A stretch of 61,715 nucleotides of DNA, the filler included, from Choristocarpus tenellus KU-1152 (lineage: Eukaryota > Protista > Phaeophyceae), in NCBI GenBank assembly GCA_964200185.2. It is 13 parts of 13 records of this genome, joined end to end, with 100 filler letters (N's around TTAATTAATTAA, not from the genome) between each part and the next. Parts side by side here need not be neighbours in the genome. Positions count along the whole stretch, not along the records: positions 18,477 to 26,395 come from CAXNAD020005395.1; positions 26,496 to 30,380 come from CAXNAD020017374.1; positions 30,481 to 34,904 come from CAXNAD020014610.1; positions 35,005 to 37,940 come from CAXNAD020023530.1; 9 more parts are not named here. The stretch is one strand, 5' to 3'. Positions within the stretch are counted from its first letter, which is position 1. Every line of letters starts with the position of its first letter. This document shows, piece by piece, positions 22,407 through 35,024 of the stretch. The position numbers and the translations under genes were made by a program. Under the pieces are notes generated by a model. The model saw only the letters and a list, made by a program, of their open reading frames with translations, was not told where the DNA came from and searched no databases.

Positions 22407-23208
22407 TGTTGATACGTGAACTTTTTAGCTCCCTTAGTGTGTCAGACACGCAACGAACATCAATAACAGTGGTTCTTAAACAAATTGTGACAAGTGTGAC
22501 AGTTTCACGAACAAGGGTCACGTTGTGAGATCATACTTGCAGAACTTTACATTGGACCTGCAGTACATGACAAGACCGGAGCGAGGACCGGTCCAGGTGG
22601 AATATTTTCTATCGAGACCAGACCAGGACCAAAAAAAAACATATCTAGACCGGTACAACAGGCAAATGTGCTTACCACCATAACAGAGTCTTCAAGATTA
22701 ACAATCAGGCACGATTCCAGCCCAGGCTAAACATGTGGCTATCACGGTCGAATCAGGACCCTCAGAAGAGTACACTACCAGACCGAGACTTGACCTAGGC
22801 CTCCATAAACATATTCTTTGTAATGTGTGCATACTCCTTGAGTAGGGCTTGGAAAGGCTCAACATGTGAACTTCATGTCTTTTCCTTGTCGAAAACATCA
22901 GTTAGCGAAATTCAGTGGTTCAAAGTATAATATGAGAAAGAGGAAGTATTCAACTGTTTCACTATTATTGTGAAAGTAATATTATTTGACATCTTATAAA
23001 TATATCAGCTCCAGGTAGGTAAAGAAACATTGCAAACAGATTTGAAATCAACCTCAAAACTTTCGAGATGCGAACTATTGATGAATTATAATATTTTTTT
23101 GTTCACTCAGAGTGCCAGGTCCTTTGTTCACATTGACAAAAAGTAGCTCTATCTAGACGTGTCATGCACTTCCAGCTAGAGACATCAGGGAAACAGGCAA
23201 GAGGGGCT

Positions 23209-23769
23209 TATTGGATTCTTGGGATACTTTCCTTACTCATCACCCTGGGGTACAGGACTAAACTAGGTTGGATGCACAGGAGGACAGCGGTGTAGCGTAC
23301 CTGGTAGTAAAATTGTAAATAAATTACAGCAAAATATTTTGCAGATTTACGATGACTGGTACTATTTTCAGGGTTTTAACAGCCGATCTCAAAAATTGAG
23401 GATAAAGATAGTCCTAAAAAAAAAGAACATGTCGACACTTTATCCCAGTCGATTTTCGGTCAAGCCTATCCTCAATGAAAAGCTCCTTCCTCGATTTTTG
23501 AAATCGGCTGTTTTTTTGGCATTTGAACGGTTTTTCATTATTGTTTCCAGACACATTTATATTGGATTCTCGGGATACTTTCCTTACTCATCACCCTGGG
23601 GTGCAGGACTAAACTAGGCTGGATGCACAGGAGGAAAGCGGTGCAACGTACCTGGTAGTAGAAGAGTAAATAAATTACAGCAAAAAATTTGCAGATTTAC
23701 GATGACTGGTACTATTTTCAGGGTTTTTGGCATTTGAGCGGTTGTTTATTATTTTTTCCAGACACATTT
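23209..23769. repeat. Local duplication with A-X-B-A'-B' layout
   Basis: A ~23209-23377 repeats at ~23560-23727; B ~23515-23559 repeats at ~23725-23769; X is absent from the second copy. Confidence 0.85.
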
Positions 23770-23988
23770 GCCAAATATCAGAGGGCATAATAATAAAATT
23801 AATTGATGAGTGCTCTCTACAATTAAGTGTACACAATAACGATGGTGGTTACACGACAAGTCTAACTTGTACATCATTCCTCAATACTGAGTTGTACTCA
23901 GTACATTAGCTGCTGTTATTTTAAAGGATCCCTTATATGATAGGCTTGACTTTTCACTGACACATCTGTGAATGTCAGAGTTCATAAT

Positions 23989-24232
23989 GAGCCAAAATAT
24001 CTTAAGAGGGTAGAGCCGGGTCCATTTGGGACCCATAACCTAATTTGCCATTTTGATGTAATTTTGGCTATCGTGTTGGTTAGGAAGTGTCAACGTCCTT
24101 GTTCCGGACACACCTTTCATAACATACACATTTTACCTGCTCCGAAATATTTGGGAGTAGGAAAATGTCATAAACAACACCATGGGAAGTCAAGACGAAC
24201 AGGGAAAAACTCGTACCCTCTTAAGATACTAT
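23989..24232 (+). mobile_element. MITE family A copy
   Basis: GAGCCAAAATATCTTAAGAGGGTA ... TACCCTCTTAAGATACT; colinear body. Confidence 0.85.
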
Positions 24233-24599
24233 AGTATTAATACCAAACGTGTATATTTGTGGTACAATATTCCTGGGTAGAAAAACTTTGAAACCTCAAA
24301 TACAAATATTCGAACATAAGCTTTTCCCACTGGTTTGTAAAGCACACGTGATTTAAACCAGGATTGATCTGACATGGGGAAATGTATTGGATGATGGCTG
24401 CTTGGTTCCCAGATAGATGCACCACTTCCCCACTTCATCATTTCATCATTTAAGGTCAACCAGAATAACCTCATCAGCGATGTGCGTATCCAAGTCCAGA
24501 CAGTTATTCACCATTACCTTCCATCAAAGTACTGCCCGAACAGTTCATAGTCTCCCTTGTATATCTATCATTAGATGGGTACATGCACAGTGCGGAGGA

Positions 24600-26331
24600 G
24601 TAGAGTAGAAAAGGAGAACTGCAAATCAGACAGTGTTCCTCGGGAAATGTTCGACAGTCTCAAAATTCAAGCAGAACAGGAGTTTATGAACTTTACAGTT
24701 GCAATATCAGCATTAAAAAAAAAAACGTGCGGTCGAAGTCAATGTTCAATGGTGTGCTGGAAATTCAATTTTATTCGTGAGTGTACAAGTTACATTGTTG
24801 AGTAGGCTGGATAGTAGTCTATCATTCAGCATTGTTCAATGGTGCGGTGGAAATTGTTCATTTCAAGTCCTAAGCTGGATTTCTCTAAATAAAGGGAAAT
24901 GATAGAGCAATCCTGTAGTGTAAAGCAAGGATGTCTAGTGTGTCGTGTCCAAAATACACAGGGTAAAGTGCTTTCTCTGGCTCACGGTAAAATTGAGGCC
25001 CATAACCGATGATGATGCGCTTGAAGTAGGAATTAGTCACGGAACTCTTTTCTTGGTCAGACCCATTAGTCTACTCCGGATATTGAAGCTAGGAAGGAAA
25101 GAAGTCGAAATCAAAATGTGTAGTTACTTGGCATGTGCGTAACGGCAATGAAAGCAACCTAGTCACAAGAAAGAATCAGGGGATACAGGTTGTATTGAGG
25201 ATCAAACTATCTGGGGGGTGGGGGAGGTGGTCCACACTATGGTGCCATTCAGGCCCTGACCAGGAGAAGTGTACATACATTATCCATTCCACGCATGCAA
25301 CCAAATACCCAGAAATCGCGACATGGAAAAATGGGCCCCGAATGGACAGCCCCCACGCACCCCCAGATACTTTGCGACTGAACTCACCTTCTGAATTCTG
25401 TTCTTCAGTTGAGGGGTTATTAACTGCTGGACCATGTCGACTGCATTTGTTTGCTGCACAACCAAGTATGGAGGAAAGAGATTCAGCACAAGAAGGAATT
25501 CTACTTGGAATGCACAAGGTTCATTGAAGATGGACTCTGAAATACGGCGAAGGTATACTAACCCCAACAACATGCAGACAATATTGTCGTTGTCATCAAC
25601 AAAGGAACAGGTGCATAAAGGTGAAGAACTAAAAGAATATATTTTATGAGAACTGATGGTATTGGTTGAGAGGTGGGAGAATTGTGTGTGCGAGAAACCA
25701 TGATCATGATGATCTCATGTTTATACACCCAATAAAGATACAAACCTTCACACCACCATACAGCCACCCTCTTAACATGTTTTGCACATTGACAAGGTTC
25801 AAGTGATGAAATAGCTGACTTACTGCAAGTAGCAAAACGACCGATGTTTTTATTCAGAACTCTCACTGTATCTTTTCCCTGCTCATAGAAGGCGCTTTTG
25901 GAACAATTTAGAACACATTATGTTGGTAACCCTAACCACTTAAGCAGTATATTAGCAAAACTTCTCTACTCTTCTAAGAAACTGGAGTGAAATTTTTACA
26001 TCCTGGAAGGAACAAAATCTGGGTAAACATTTCATTCTCACTATAAGCATACACTTGCTGGAGTGCAGGCAGGCTTCTCAGAGAGTGTTTTATTTTTTGC
26101 AGAGAAGAGGTTCCACCAAATCGAACCTTCAAATTTGAGCATCTGAAGCAGTAGACATAGTATCAAGAGCGCACATTCCTCCAGATTGACCTACTCGGGC
26201 CATTCAGAAACCTAGAGTCCAAAATTTCGTGCTTGCTCAAAGAAATGAGATGAGTGATACCACTGAAAGAATAGAAAATAGTGAAATAATCAGCGCCTCT
26301 CAAGACAGCTACAAATTTATTTCAAGCAAGT
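24600..26331 (+). CDS. Possible exons of an unidentified gene
   Basis: Open segments with plausible splice sites (EMFDSLKIQAEQEFMNF..; MDSEIRRRY..TKEQ|GT; KTSLLLLRNWSEIFTSWKEQNL|GT); no family recognised; phases not fully reconciled. Confidence 0.25.
25199..25378 (-). mobile_element. MITE family B, full length, with TGA TSD
   Basis: GGATCAAACTATCTGGGG ... CCCCAGATACTTTGCGAC; TGA on both flanks. Confidence 0.85.
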
Positions 26332-27253
26332 GGGTCAAAGTATCTGGGGGGGAGAGGGTGGTTTGTGAGGGGGCATCCGTTTCGGTCAAACAACCNNNNN
26401 NNNNNNNNNNNNNNNNNNNNNNNNNNNNNNNNNNNNNNNTTAATTAATTAANNNNNNNNNNNNNNNNNNNNNNNNNNNNNNNNNNNNNNNNNNNNGCCTC
26501 CCCCCTCCCCCCCCCACCTATCATCCCCCTATCTGAGATCAGAAACATGATTCAAATCCCAGACATCGCCATGAGACCCCCACCAGTCAACCATCCCATC
26601 CCTTGTTTGCTTCCATTTGCATTGCATTCCATGGTTATCCCCACCACCCCCCTTGGTGTTTATATCACTTGACTACAACAATCAAGATCTACTCTGTGTG
26701 CCACTTTCCAACAATACAGTACTATGTCTTTGATCCAAATACACACTGAAACAAGGACCATTTCATTCTGTTTTACTACCATACTACCATACTACCATAT
26801 CAAACATGATACGGAGTATATACTTTAGAGAGCCAGTTCATGACAACATACATACCCTCTGTCCCACAAGGTACCACACTCACAACACCATACTCCACAC
26901 AAAAACTGCACAAAAATCACTCCCAACAGTACAATACAAAAAACAAAAAAATTACCGCTACCTCACCCCCCCCCCCCCCCCCCCACCACCCTTCCCACAC
27001 CCCAAACCCCTCCAACAAACAAAAAGTCCGCCCCCCCCCACACNNNNNNNNNNCCCCCCCCCCCCCATCCCCCCCCCCCCCCCCCCCGCCAAGCACATTT
27101 CACATACCCAAACCTTCTATAAGAAAAAATGTGTTCGTCCAGCAGCAAGCACATGCCAAAAAAATCCTTCCCAGAACTCCCATACATTCCCAGAGCCTAC
27201 TACCCCCCAAAAACTCCCCTCCTCCTCCCCCTCCCCTTAATTGTTACACTTAC

Positions 27254-30200
27254 TTTTGGCAGAGTTGCTCGGCCAAGTCCACCACAGCTGCATTATTGTG
27301 CCGATCCAGACCCTCCATTGGTCCACCAAACCACTTGTATTCCCACTCTAGCGCCACCTGTGCCATTTATATTAATGCAGTAGTACCAGTAGTTCAATAT
27401 ATAGTTGGGAGTACAATAGCACATCCTCAACTGTACTAAACCTAACCCCAATCTTGAGCTAAATGTAACATTAAAAATATGATATTATTTTCAATGAAAA
27501 TAATGCATCAAATAAATTTAATAGTAGGATTGTGTTTATGATAGGGATAATGACTGAATGTATGATGTATATACTATAATAGCATGAGGGACCGATGATT
27601 GGTGTTGTGAACTGCAACAGACGTTCTAACTGGCTTCAGTTCAATCAAGTCAGATTCTAAACTGAGATCACAATTGATCAAATCCACTTGTTTGGTTATT
27701 TTGATTTCCTATTACAAGACATACCCTCTCTTGTACATACACATTTACCCTCTCTAGTTCAGTGACACCTCAAGAATGCTATCACTATCTAGTATATAAT
27801 AACATAAGAGAAGAGGTGAAATAAGACAATCACAGTGAACCCATCTCCACTCTCCACAGCAGTAGTCAACCCCTCAAGATAAAATTCATCCTAAAAAAAA
27901 AAGACATCAACAATCAATTGTTCATCATCACCAGATACCACTACAGGAGATTATTATTATTCCACCAAAAAGTAAGGTAAAATATATATATATATATATT
28001 TTACCACACTTTGCAAAAAATAATTAAATTACAAAATAGTTTATTGTTCCGTGTGGCTACGAAAGGGTCCGAAGACCTTTTGACATGTGACACCATACAC
28101 CTATCTGTGAGCAGTACACACTAACTCGTGCGCTGAAAGCTCACTCAAGTTTTTTTTTTTTATTGGAAACACCTCTAACACACTAACCTTTTTTGTCTTA
28201 AAACTGAAAATTGCTTAATTTTGACGCACTACTCTATGCACTACTACTACTCAATGGTGATATATGATTGGTGCACACAAGAAAAAACTACGTCATAACA
28301 AAGACATGACTACATTTGTATTAACAGGTAAAGAGGTATTTCAATTCCATTCACAGCCATAGCCAAACCACAGAGAGGGAGAGAGAGAAGGTCTTTTCAT
28401 AAAGAGGAACTCACGAAAAACAAAACCTTCTGTTATTACAAAGATAAAAATTCATTAGATGTTCCACCAATAAAAACTCTAGTACACCACAACTATCAAC
28501 AAAAAATATGAAAAAGATCCATTAATTATCTTGAAAACAGAAATACTAACAAAAAAACAAAATCACAGAGACAATCTCTTACCTTTACCAGCACATTAAA
28601 AAAACTTGTACAAAGCCTCAGCTTCTTCTCTACACTAACCCTATCCTTAAAAACAGGGTTAGGGTTAGAGTCAGGGTTAATCAGTGTGACCACTGATAAG
28701 AAAAATATTGACAGTAAATGCAGAATTGTTACAACGTTCAGAGGAAAAAAATAAATAAATAAATATATATATATATATATTTATTTATAGCTACCATCAT
28801 AACACTCCACCGAGTGACAACTTAAAGTCAATAAAGTCAATGAAGTCAATAAAGTGAATAAAGTCAATGAAGCCAATAAAGTGAATGAAGTCAATAAAGT
28901 CAATGAAGTGAATAAAGTCAATGAAGTCAATGAAGTCAATGAATTTCCATATTAGCTGGGGGCCACCAGGGTTATAGATACGCTTGTTTCTAGACAACGT
29001 GTTAACACCAACAAAAGAAATGGGTATAAAATAATAAGAAAAGGAAACTAAGACAGAAGAATGATACGTTAAGAACTTCAAAATACATCATACACTAGAG
29101 TTTTTTGTGTGCGACAGAGCCAAAGTATCTTAGGGTTAGGGTAGATCCGCGTCCATTTGGGGGTCAAAATTCAATGTTGTGATTTTGATGTAATTTTGGC
29201 TATCATGTTTGTTAGGAAGTGTCAATATCCTTGTTGCGGACACACCTTTTCATAACATATACAGGTTACCTACTCCTAAACATTTTGGAGTAGGACAATG
29301 TCATTAAAAAAACTATGGGATCCAAGCCCCAAATGGACAAACAGGGCAAAACTCGTACCCCTCTAAGATACTTTCACTCACAGTTTCATTTGGAATCTCA
29401 TTTTACAAGGAATCTAATATTCATAACCCCATACGCTGATTCCTCGTAAAATAAAAATAATATCTCAGTCTAGAAAAATCACCATGTATAACAAAAGCAC
29501 ACACAAACATACCTCTCTAAATCGACAACAAATCTTCTTTTCCATAGTGACATTGTTGGAAGTAACACCTACAAAAACAGAGACAACAAATCTTTTGCTC
29601 TGAAAACGTGACAAGGTTGCAAAATTGATACAAATGTGGTGATAGGGTAACCTTCCTCCTGGATACAGGCCGCTGCCAAAGTAGTATGAAAAAGAGGTTA
29701 ATTAGATCTCCTCAAACAATGGCTTGATTCACGTCTCATCTCATCTCATCTCAGCAAACATGAAAAAAAAGCTTATGTAATTCTTAAAACAAACACAATG
29801 AAAATACACATTATATTTGGTTCTAAATTTATTAATCATACTCTAAAAAATAAAAAACAAGATCGAGAGATTGCCAGAACATTCTAATCTAACACAAAAT
29901 CACACACACATATATATATATACATCATATCACACAAAAAAATAAAAAAATATGCAAAACGCTTAGTGCCATGCATTGTCCATTTTTCTAATTTCTGTCA
30001 AAAAAACCCATTCAAAACAAAACTCCAGATAGACCAACAACAAAACCTCAACATTTTTTTTTGTTTTAAGATATATATATATATATATACATGATGGATA
30101 CAGGCCTACTTACACATACCAACATTCAAACAGATATTTCCCTCTCCATCCTCACCGAACAAATCTGGTCAAGCTCCATGTTGTCAAACAGTCCATCCGT

Positions 30201-30281
30201 TGCCAAGATGACTATGTCTCCAGGCTTCACAGGAAAAGAAGTGTTCACTGCATCACGAGGGGTCTCAAAGTTGGCATTTCC
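27254..30281 (-). CDS. PPTC7: PP2C phosphatase of the PTC7 type, two internal exons
   Basis: Exon 30281-30156 GNANFETPRDAVNTSFPVKPGDIVILATDGLFDNMELDQICS (PP2C DGLFDN motif) splices in phase 0 to 27357-27254 VALEWEYKWFGG..VVDLAEQLCQK across a 2.8-kb intron. Confidence 0.8.
28824..28945 (+). repeat. 9-bp minisatellite (RAAGTSAAT)n, about 13 units, intronic
   Basis: Direct reading. Confidence 0.92.
29117..29379 (+). mobile_element. MITE family A, full length, ACA TSD, with TTAGGG repeats inside the left TIR
   Basis: GAGCCAAAGTATCTTAGGGTTAGGGTAGA ... TACCCCTCTAAGATACTTTCACTC; ACA on both flanks. Confidence 0.88.
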
Positions 30282-30480
30282 CTGTGTTGATGAACAAGAC
30301 ACACCAAACAATTAAAAAAAACACGACACACGTGTGGGAAGAGAGGGGGGGGGGGGCACAGCAAAAACACCTTTACAACCNNNNNNNNNNNNNNNNNNNN
30401 NNNNNNNNNNNNNNNNNNNNNNNNTTAATTAATTAANNNNNNNNNNNNNNNNNNNNNNNNNNNNNNNNNNNNNNNNNNNN

Positions 30481-30772
30481 GTACCACGGTATAACGGTAT
30501 ATGACATACGAGCAATACGGTATAATAACAGACAAACATGCTTTCCACACTAATATCCCTTATACTATCTATATATGTATGATAGCGACTGTTCCTTTGG
30601 TTTCTATCCACTGTTACGTACTTACAATGGTTGAGCAAAGTGTGTTGATGAACTAATGATGGGAATGGGAATAGCGACCAGTACAATAATGGACGAATCA
30701 GCATTCAGTGTGAGCTGACGATCCTGTATCGTATCAAAACAAATCGAATGAGTAGCCTATGTTTTTACACCA
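30481..30772 (+). mobile_element. Family D terminal region at contig start; a related piece opens the contig at 8069-8125
   Basis: 30580-30772 is the reverse complement of ~9675-9865; 30494-30549 is nearly identical to 8070-8125. Confidence 0.75.
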
Positions 30773-31691
30773 GGTCACGACAGAATGATATTCACAATCC
30801 ACTTTTCTTTCTTAAAAAAGTCGGTCAATTTTTTGAAAAAATTAAGGTAGGAAGAATAATAAATATATCCTCTAACATTTGGAAAGGTAACAAAGTTTAG
30901 AGGAAGGGAAACCTAAATATACTCTATGATATTTTTTTACTATATCCAATGTAAATGGAATAGATTGTACTATTCAAATTAAATTAGTATATCAATATAA
31001 ACGAAGAATATTACACTGTTCCAATGATCTCCATTTTAATTCATGACGAGGAGTTTCTACATCAACAATATAACTTCTATTAATACTACTATAATCAGTT
31101 CTACTAGTTTTATGTATGGAGAATATATGTTTACAAATTACAAATTATGTAGAGAAAAAAGATAATACATCAATATGATTGTTTGTTTCCATCCTCTAAG
31201 CTAATCTATACTATTTTCGTGTTGGAGGGACACAAATTATGGACGAAGTAGGATTTCGCCAAGATGTGGACGCTACTGACAGAGGTTAGAATGGGCGGGA
31301 TGTGTAGTCCCTGCCTATATTTCGCAGTTTAACTTTACCGCGTGAAAAAGCATAGATAGGTTCGTATTTCTCACAGGACCTGACTCAACCGAACTACCGG
31401 TCAGTCATCAGTCTCATTTGCTTGTCATACGTTACCATGATAGATCCCCCCCTACCATAGTTGAGCAGCACGGGGCTAGTATACGAACGTTATAGTCGTT
31501 ATCGTAGGCATTTTTTCCCTTTCACGTCGCGCTACTCAGTGGACATGTATCTACTGTACTCCGTCCATCATAACCCTGGCCACCAGTAGCAGTCGCTTCT
31601 CTACACTAATCGTACCGATCGAAATCCTGAAATTTCAGTCGCACCAGGAGCTATTAACAGTCATAGTCTGCTCTCCTTGATTTTTTGAACT

Positions 31692-34208
31692 ATGGGCTTC
31701 CATTCCGATAACTATTCGAGTGTCCGTCGAAGGCCAGTCGCAGTTTGTTCTTGATTTGTCTCAACTCTGAGAAACCATGTCGCTCACTCTGTCAATACCT
31801 TGACGAAACGTTTGCTACACCATTTGCAGCTGTTGCCATATTCGGCCTCATGGTTATTTCACTATATCTGGTGCTGGGTCCAATAGTGCTGGCGACATTT
31901 TATCAGTCGCGGTTCGTGTTCGGCATAAAGGCGAGGTAAGGACTGCATAATGGTGTCTCGGGAAGTCTTGAAATGAGATTACCACTAGCTTTTAAGGAAG
32001 CACAGTCCTCCTGACTGGGAGGATCCTAGAAACATAATAGACTCTAGGCTACGCACGAGGAATAGGGAGACAATACAAAAGGTGGTCGCAATTCGCCCAA
32101 TCTGCTGGAGCTTGAAGGTTCAAAACATTGTGGTTCTTAAAGGCAACTGGGACACATAATAGTTCAAGAGAGAGAAATAGGAAAAGGGTGCAACTGTTTT
32201 ATCTTGCAAAGGAGAATACTTGAACTATCTAATAATATACATGGGCATTCACTAAGCTAATCATATTGCCCAGTCCCATTAATAAATAGTAGAATGTGAT
32301 CTTTTGCGTCTAGATTATGTTTTTCAAGTAGTCAGCCTAAATCGTACTTCTACCATTGTGAACAGGTCAGCTTATTTGATATTGCTGATGGGAGCTGCGA
32401 TGCTTATCCAGCAAGCTGCTAGAATTGGTCCCCTGTACACTACTGTTGTAGAAGATTACGCCCAAGCTCACCTCTGGTATGATTTGGTGAGTGAAAGTTA
32501 ATAAGTTGCCTGTCCTTATACAACATTTTCATCTGTGGAGACAGAATTAGAAAAGCGTCTCATTAAAGTAATGTACTGTGATGCATTATCAGGGTTTGTT
32601 GGATGCAATGAATGCTGTACATGCAGCATTTCGAGCCATTTTTGCAATTTTCACTTCTGTGCATCATCACGCTCGATAATGTTTGGAGTTTCTTGACTAC
32701 AGTTACGTCTGGCATGTGAACATAGTGGTAACAGGGGGGTGATTTTTTTCAAGTGTTGGTAGAGTATGAGTAGATGAAGGTTCTAATGCATGCTAGGGTT
32801 GCAGTCACTGTAATGGAAAAGTTTAGTCACTTTTCCCCCAAGTGAACAGCTGGGTGCTGATGAGACCATCTTGGATGGCAGGAGACAAAGAGTATGTGAA
32901 GTATGAGTGCAAGGATGAGTACGTGTTGAACCTGGAGAGATTACCAACTGTACCACAAATAAATTGTATTCATATTTCTATATCTATATCTATATGCCTT
33001 CTTATATTTGCAGATATTGTCAGAGGAGAGATAGAGGTAGATCAGATTGGACACTGCAGAAGCTGCATGCATATCAGCCATTGCTCAACTCCTTGCACAG
33101 ATTCTGTTTCCGCAATTGTGCTGCAGGAAACAGGTTTGACTACTCTTTGACCTTACGGCCTAATCCTTGGCACCTAATACTAACCCTAACCCCAAACCTC
33201 ACCAAGCCCTTTGCAACCCCATACGTTACAAATTCAACTGTTTCGTGTGCCCTACACTTACTTCAAATCTCGCCAATTATTGCATTATCAACAATACCTT
33301 ATACCACCCGGCATCCAGATCACACCTCGAGGGAGACAGGCACAATGTATTCTAGACTCAGATCTGGGCTTCATTATCCTTTGTTAGGCCTGCGTTACAA
33401 GCCGTCCAATTTTGGTACTCCTCCACTTGAGTTATCATAACCAAGAGAGGTAGATTTTTTTTGGCTGTTTTGCATTCATGCCTGCATAAACCCCTGCGCA
33501 ATACACCCTATTTTCATTTTCTATGTGCAGAAGAGTAGCCTTCCAAAAATGAAGTCCCTGTTGGAAGAGACTGAAAAAATATTCACCACAATTGAGTCAA
33601 GGCCCTTTTCGTAATATACAAAAATCAATATCTTCGGCTATTCCTGAGGATCCTTCCAATGCACCCATGTGTACCCTCTCAGCTACTATGCTCACTATAG
33701 GACAACTGCCCTCAGGTTCCAGAATGAACTTGTCTGCCCGTGTCTCTCTATGTATGAGTACAAGCACAGTGGTTGAAGTTGGGATGATCTTTGACTGTGT
33801 CTTAAACTCCTTATTTCAACCCCCCCCCCTCACTTCCGCAAGGTGCTCCAACGATCGCGAATCGTATATGAGCATGCCGCCACACCCTATCATATATGAG
33901 TATGTTCGTGATCAGGACTATCATGCGCCAAAAAAGCGTTGGAGATTGTATTTACTGATACACGCTTGCAAAATCACACACACACAGACACACACACACA
34001 CACAAATGGAATAGCAACGAGGTTATCACACACACACACACACAAAATGTTCCAGAAGAGGTGGCCACCACTAACGATACCCTGGGTTTCCAAGCAGATA
34101 CGGTTCTTCTTTCTCCCCATAATTTATGGAGCTTACATTTCCCGTGCAATTCGCCTTGCAGTGGCCTTTCACCCCAGGGCAAAGCATGCTGTGCCCTGGC
34201 TCATCAGG
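31692..34208 (+). CDS. Multi-pass (7TM-like) membrane protein, TM1-TM3; resembles the receptor half of 7TM-RGS proteins
   Basis: Exons 31692-31719, 31830-31935, 32366-32486, 34098-34208 join in phase (1,2,0): three hydrophobic helices, basic loop GIKARS after TM1, YISRAIRL after TM3. Remainder off-contig. Confidence 0.7.
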
Positions 34209-35024
34209 GTGAGTTGAAAAATCAGGGTGAGTTGAAATTTTTTTGTGGATGGGATATCTTGTGACTGAGAGGACTGCACTGTGCCCTCCTTTTTTAAGCC
34301 GGATGCTGCAAAAGAAAACGAGCAGAGGTCCTGGAGTTTAAGGTTTGAAAATTTTCTGTATTAGTGCCAACGTTGCTTGAACCAATTGAAGCCAATGCGC
34401 ATTGATATGCTTGTAAACAGGTCTAGAAGGGGCATCTTTTGAAGCACTGATCATCAGGCTGCTATCATTGCTAGTGTCTACCGTTTTTCCTGAACGATTA
34501 AAACAAATATATGTATGAATGGCGTTTTTCCGGGAAACAGTTTGTCTCTTCCATCCCACTGCATTGAGCAAATTGTTGCCTATTCCCACCAGTTACCATT
34601 GGCCCCTATCGTAGGAGAAGAACCATATCCTCGTGCTCCTTACACTGGGCGTAATTTGCATCATCTTTCCTCTACATTGCTGGTTGATTGATCATCATAG
34701 CAGGTGAGCTAGGGTGATATATAAATAGCTGCCTTGTACAATATTGCTGTGGGGTCCCTTGTCCGTGGGGACTGCTGTAGGTTGATGCAATAGCAAAGGG
34801 CTGCTTAGGCTTAGGGTCAGGCTTAAGCTTCTTTTGGGTCAAAGTATCTGGGGTGGGGGGGGTGGTTTGTGAGGGGGTGTCCGGTTCCGGCAAACCACTC
34901 TTTTNNNNNNNNNNNNNNNNNNNNNNNNNNNNNNNNNNNNNNNNNNNNTTAATTAATTAANNNNNNNNNNNNNNNNNNNNNNNNNNNNNNNNNNNNNNNN
35001 NNNNCCCCACCCGCCGACACGTAC

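Noticed and set aside
26806-27439. Proline-rich ORFs (extensin/formin-like)
   Set aside because: They derive from poly-C runs around a 10-N gap, mostly in intronic sequence; the real exon is on the opposite strand (27254-27357).
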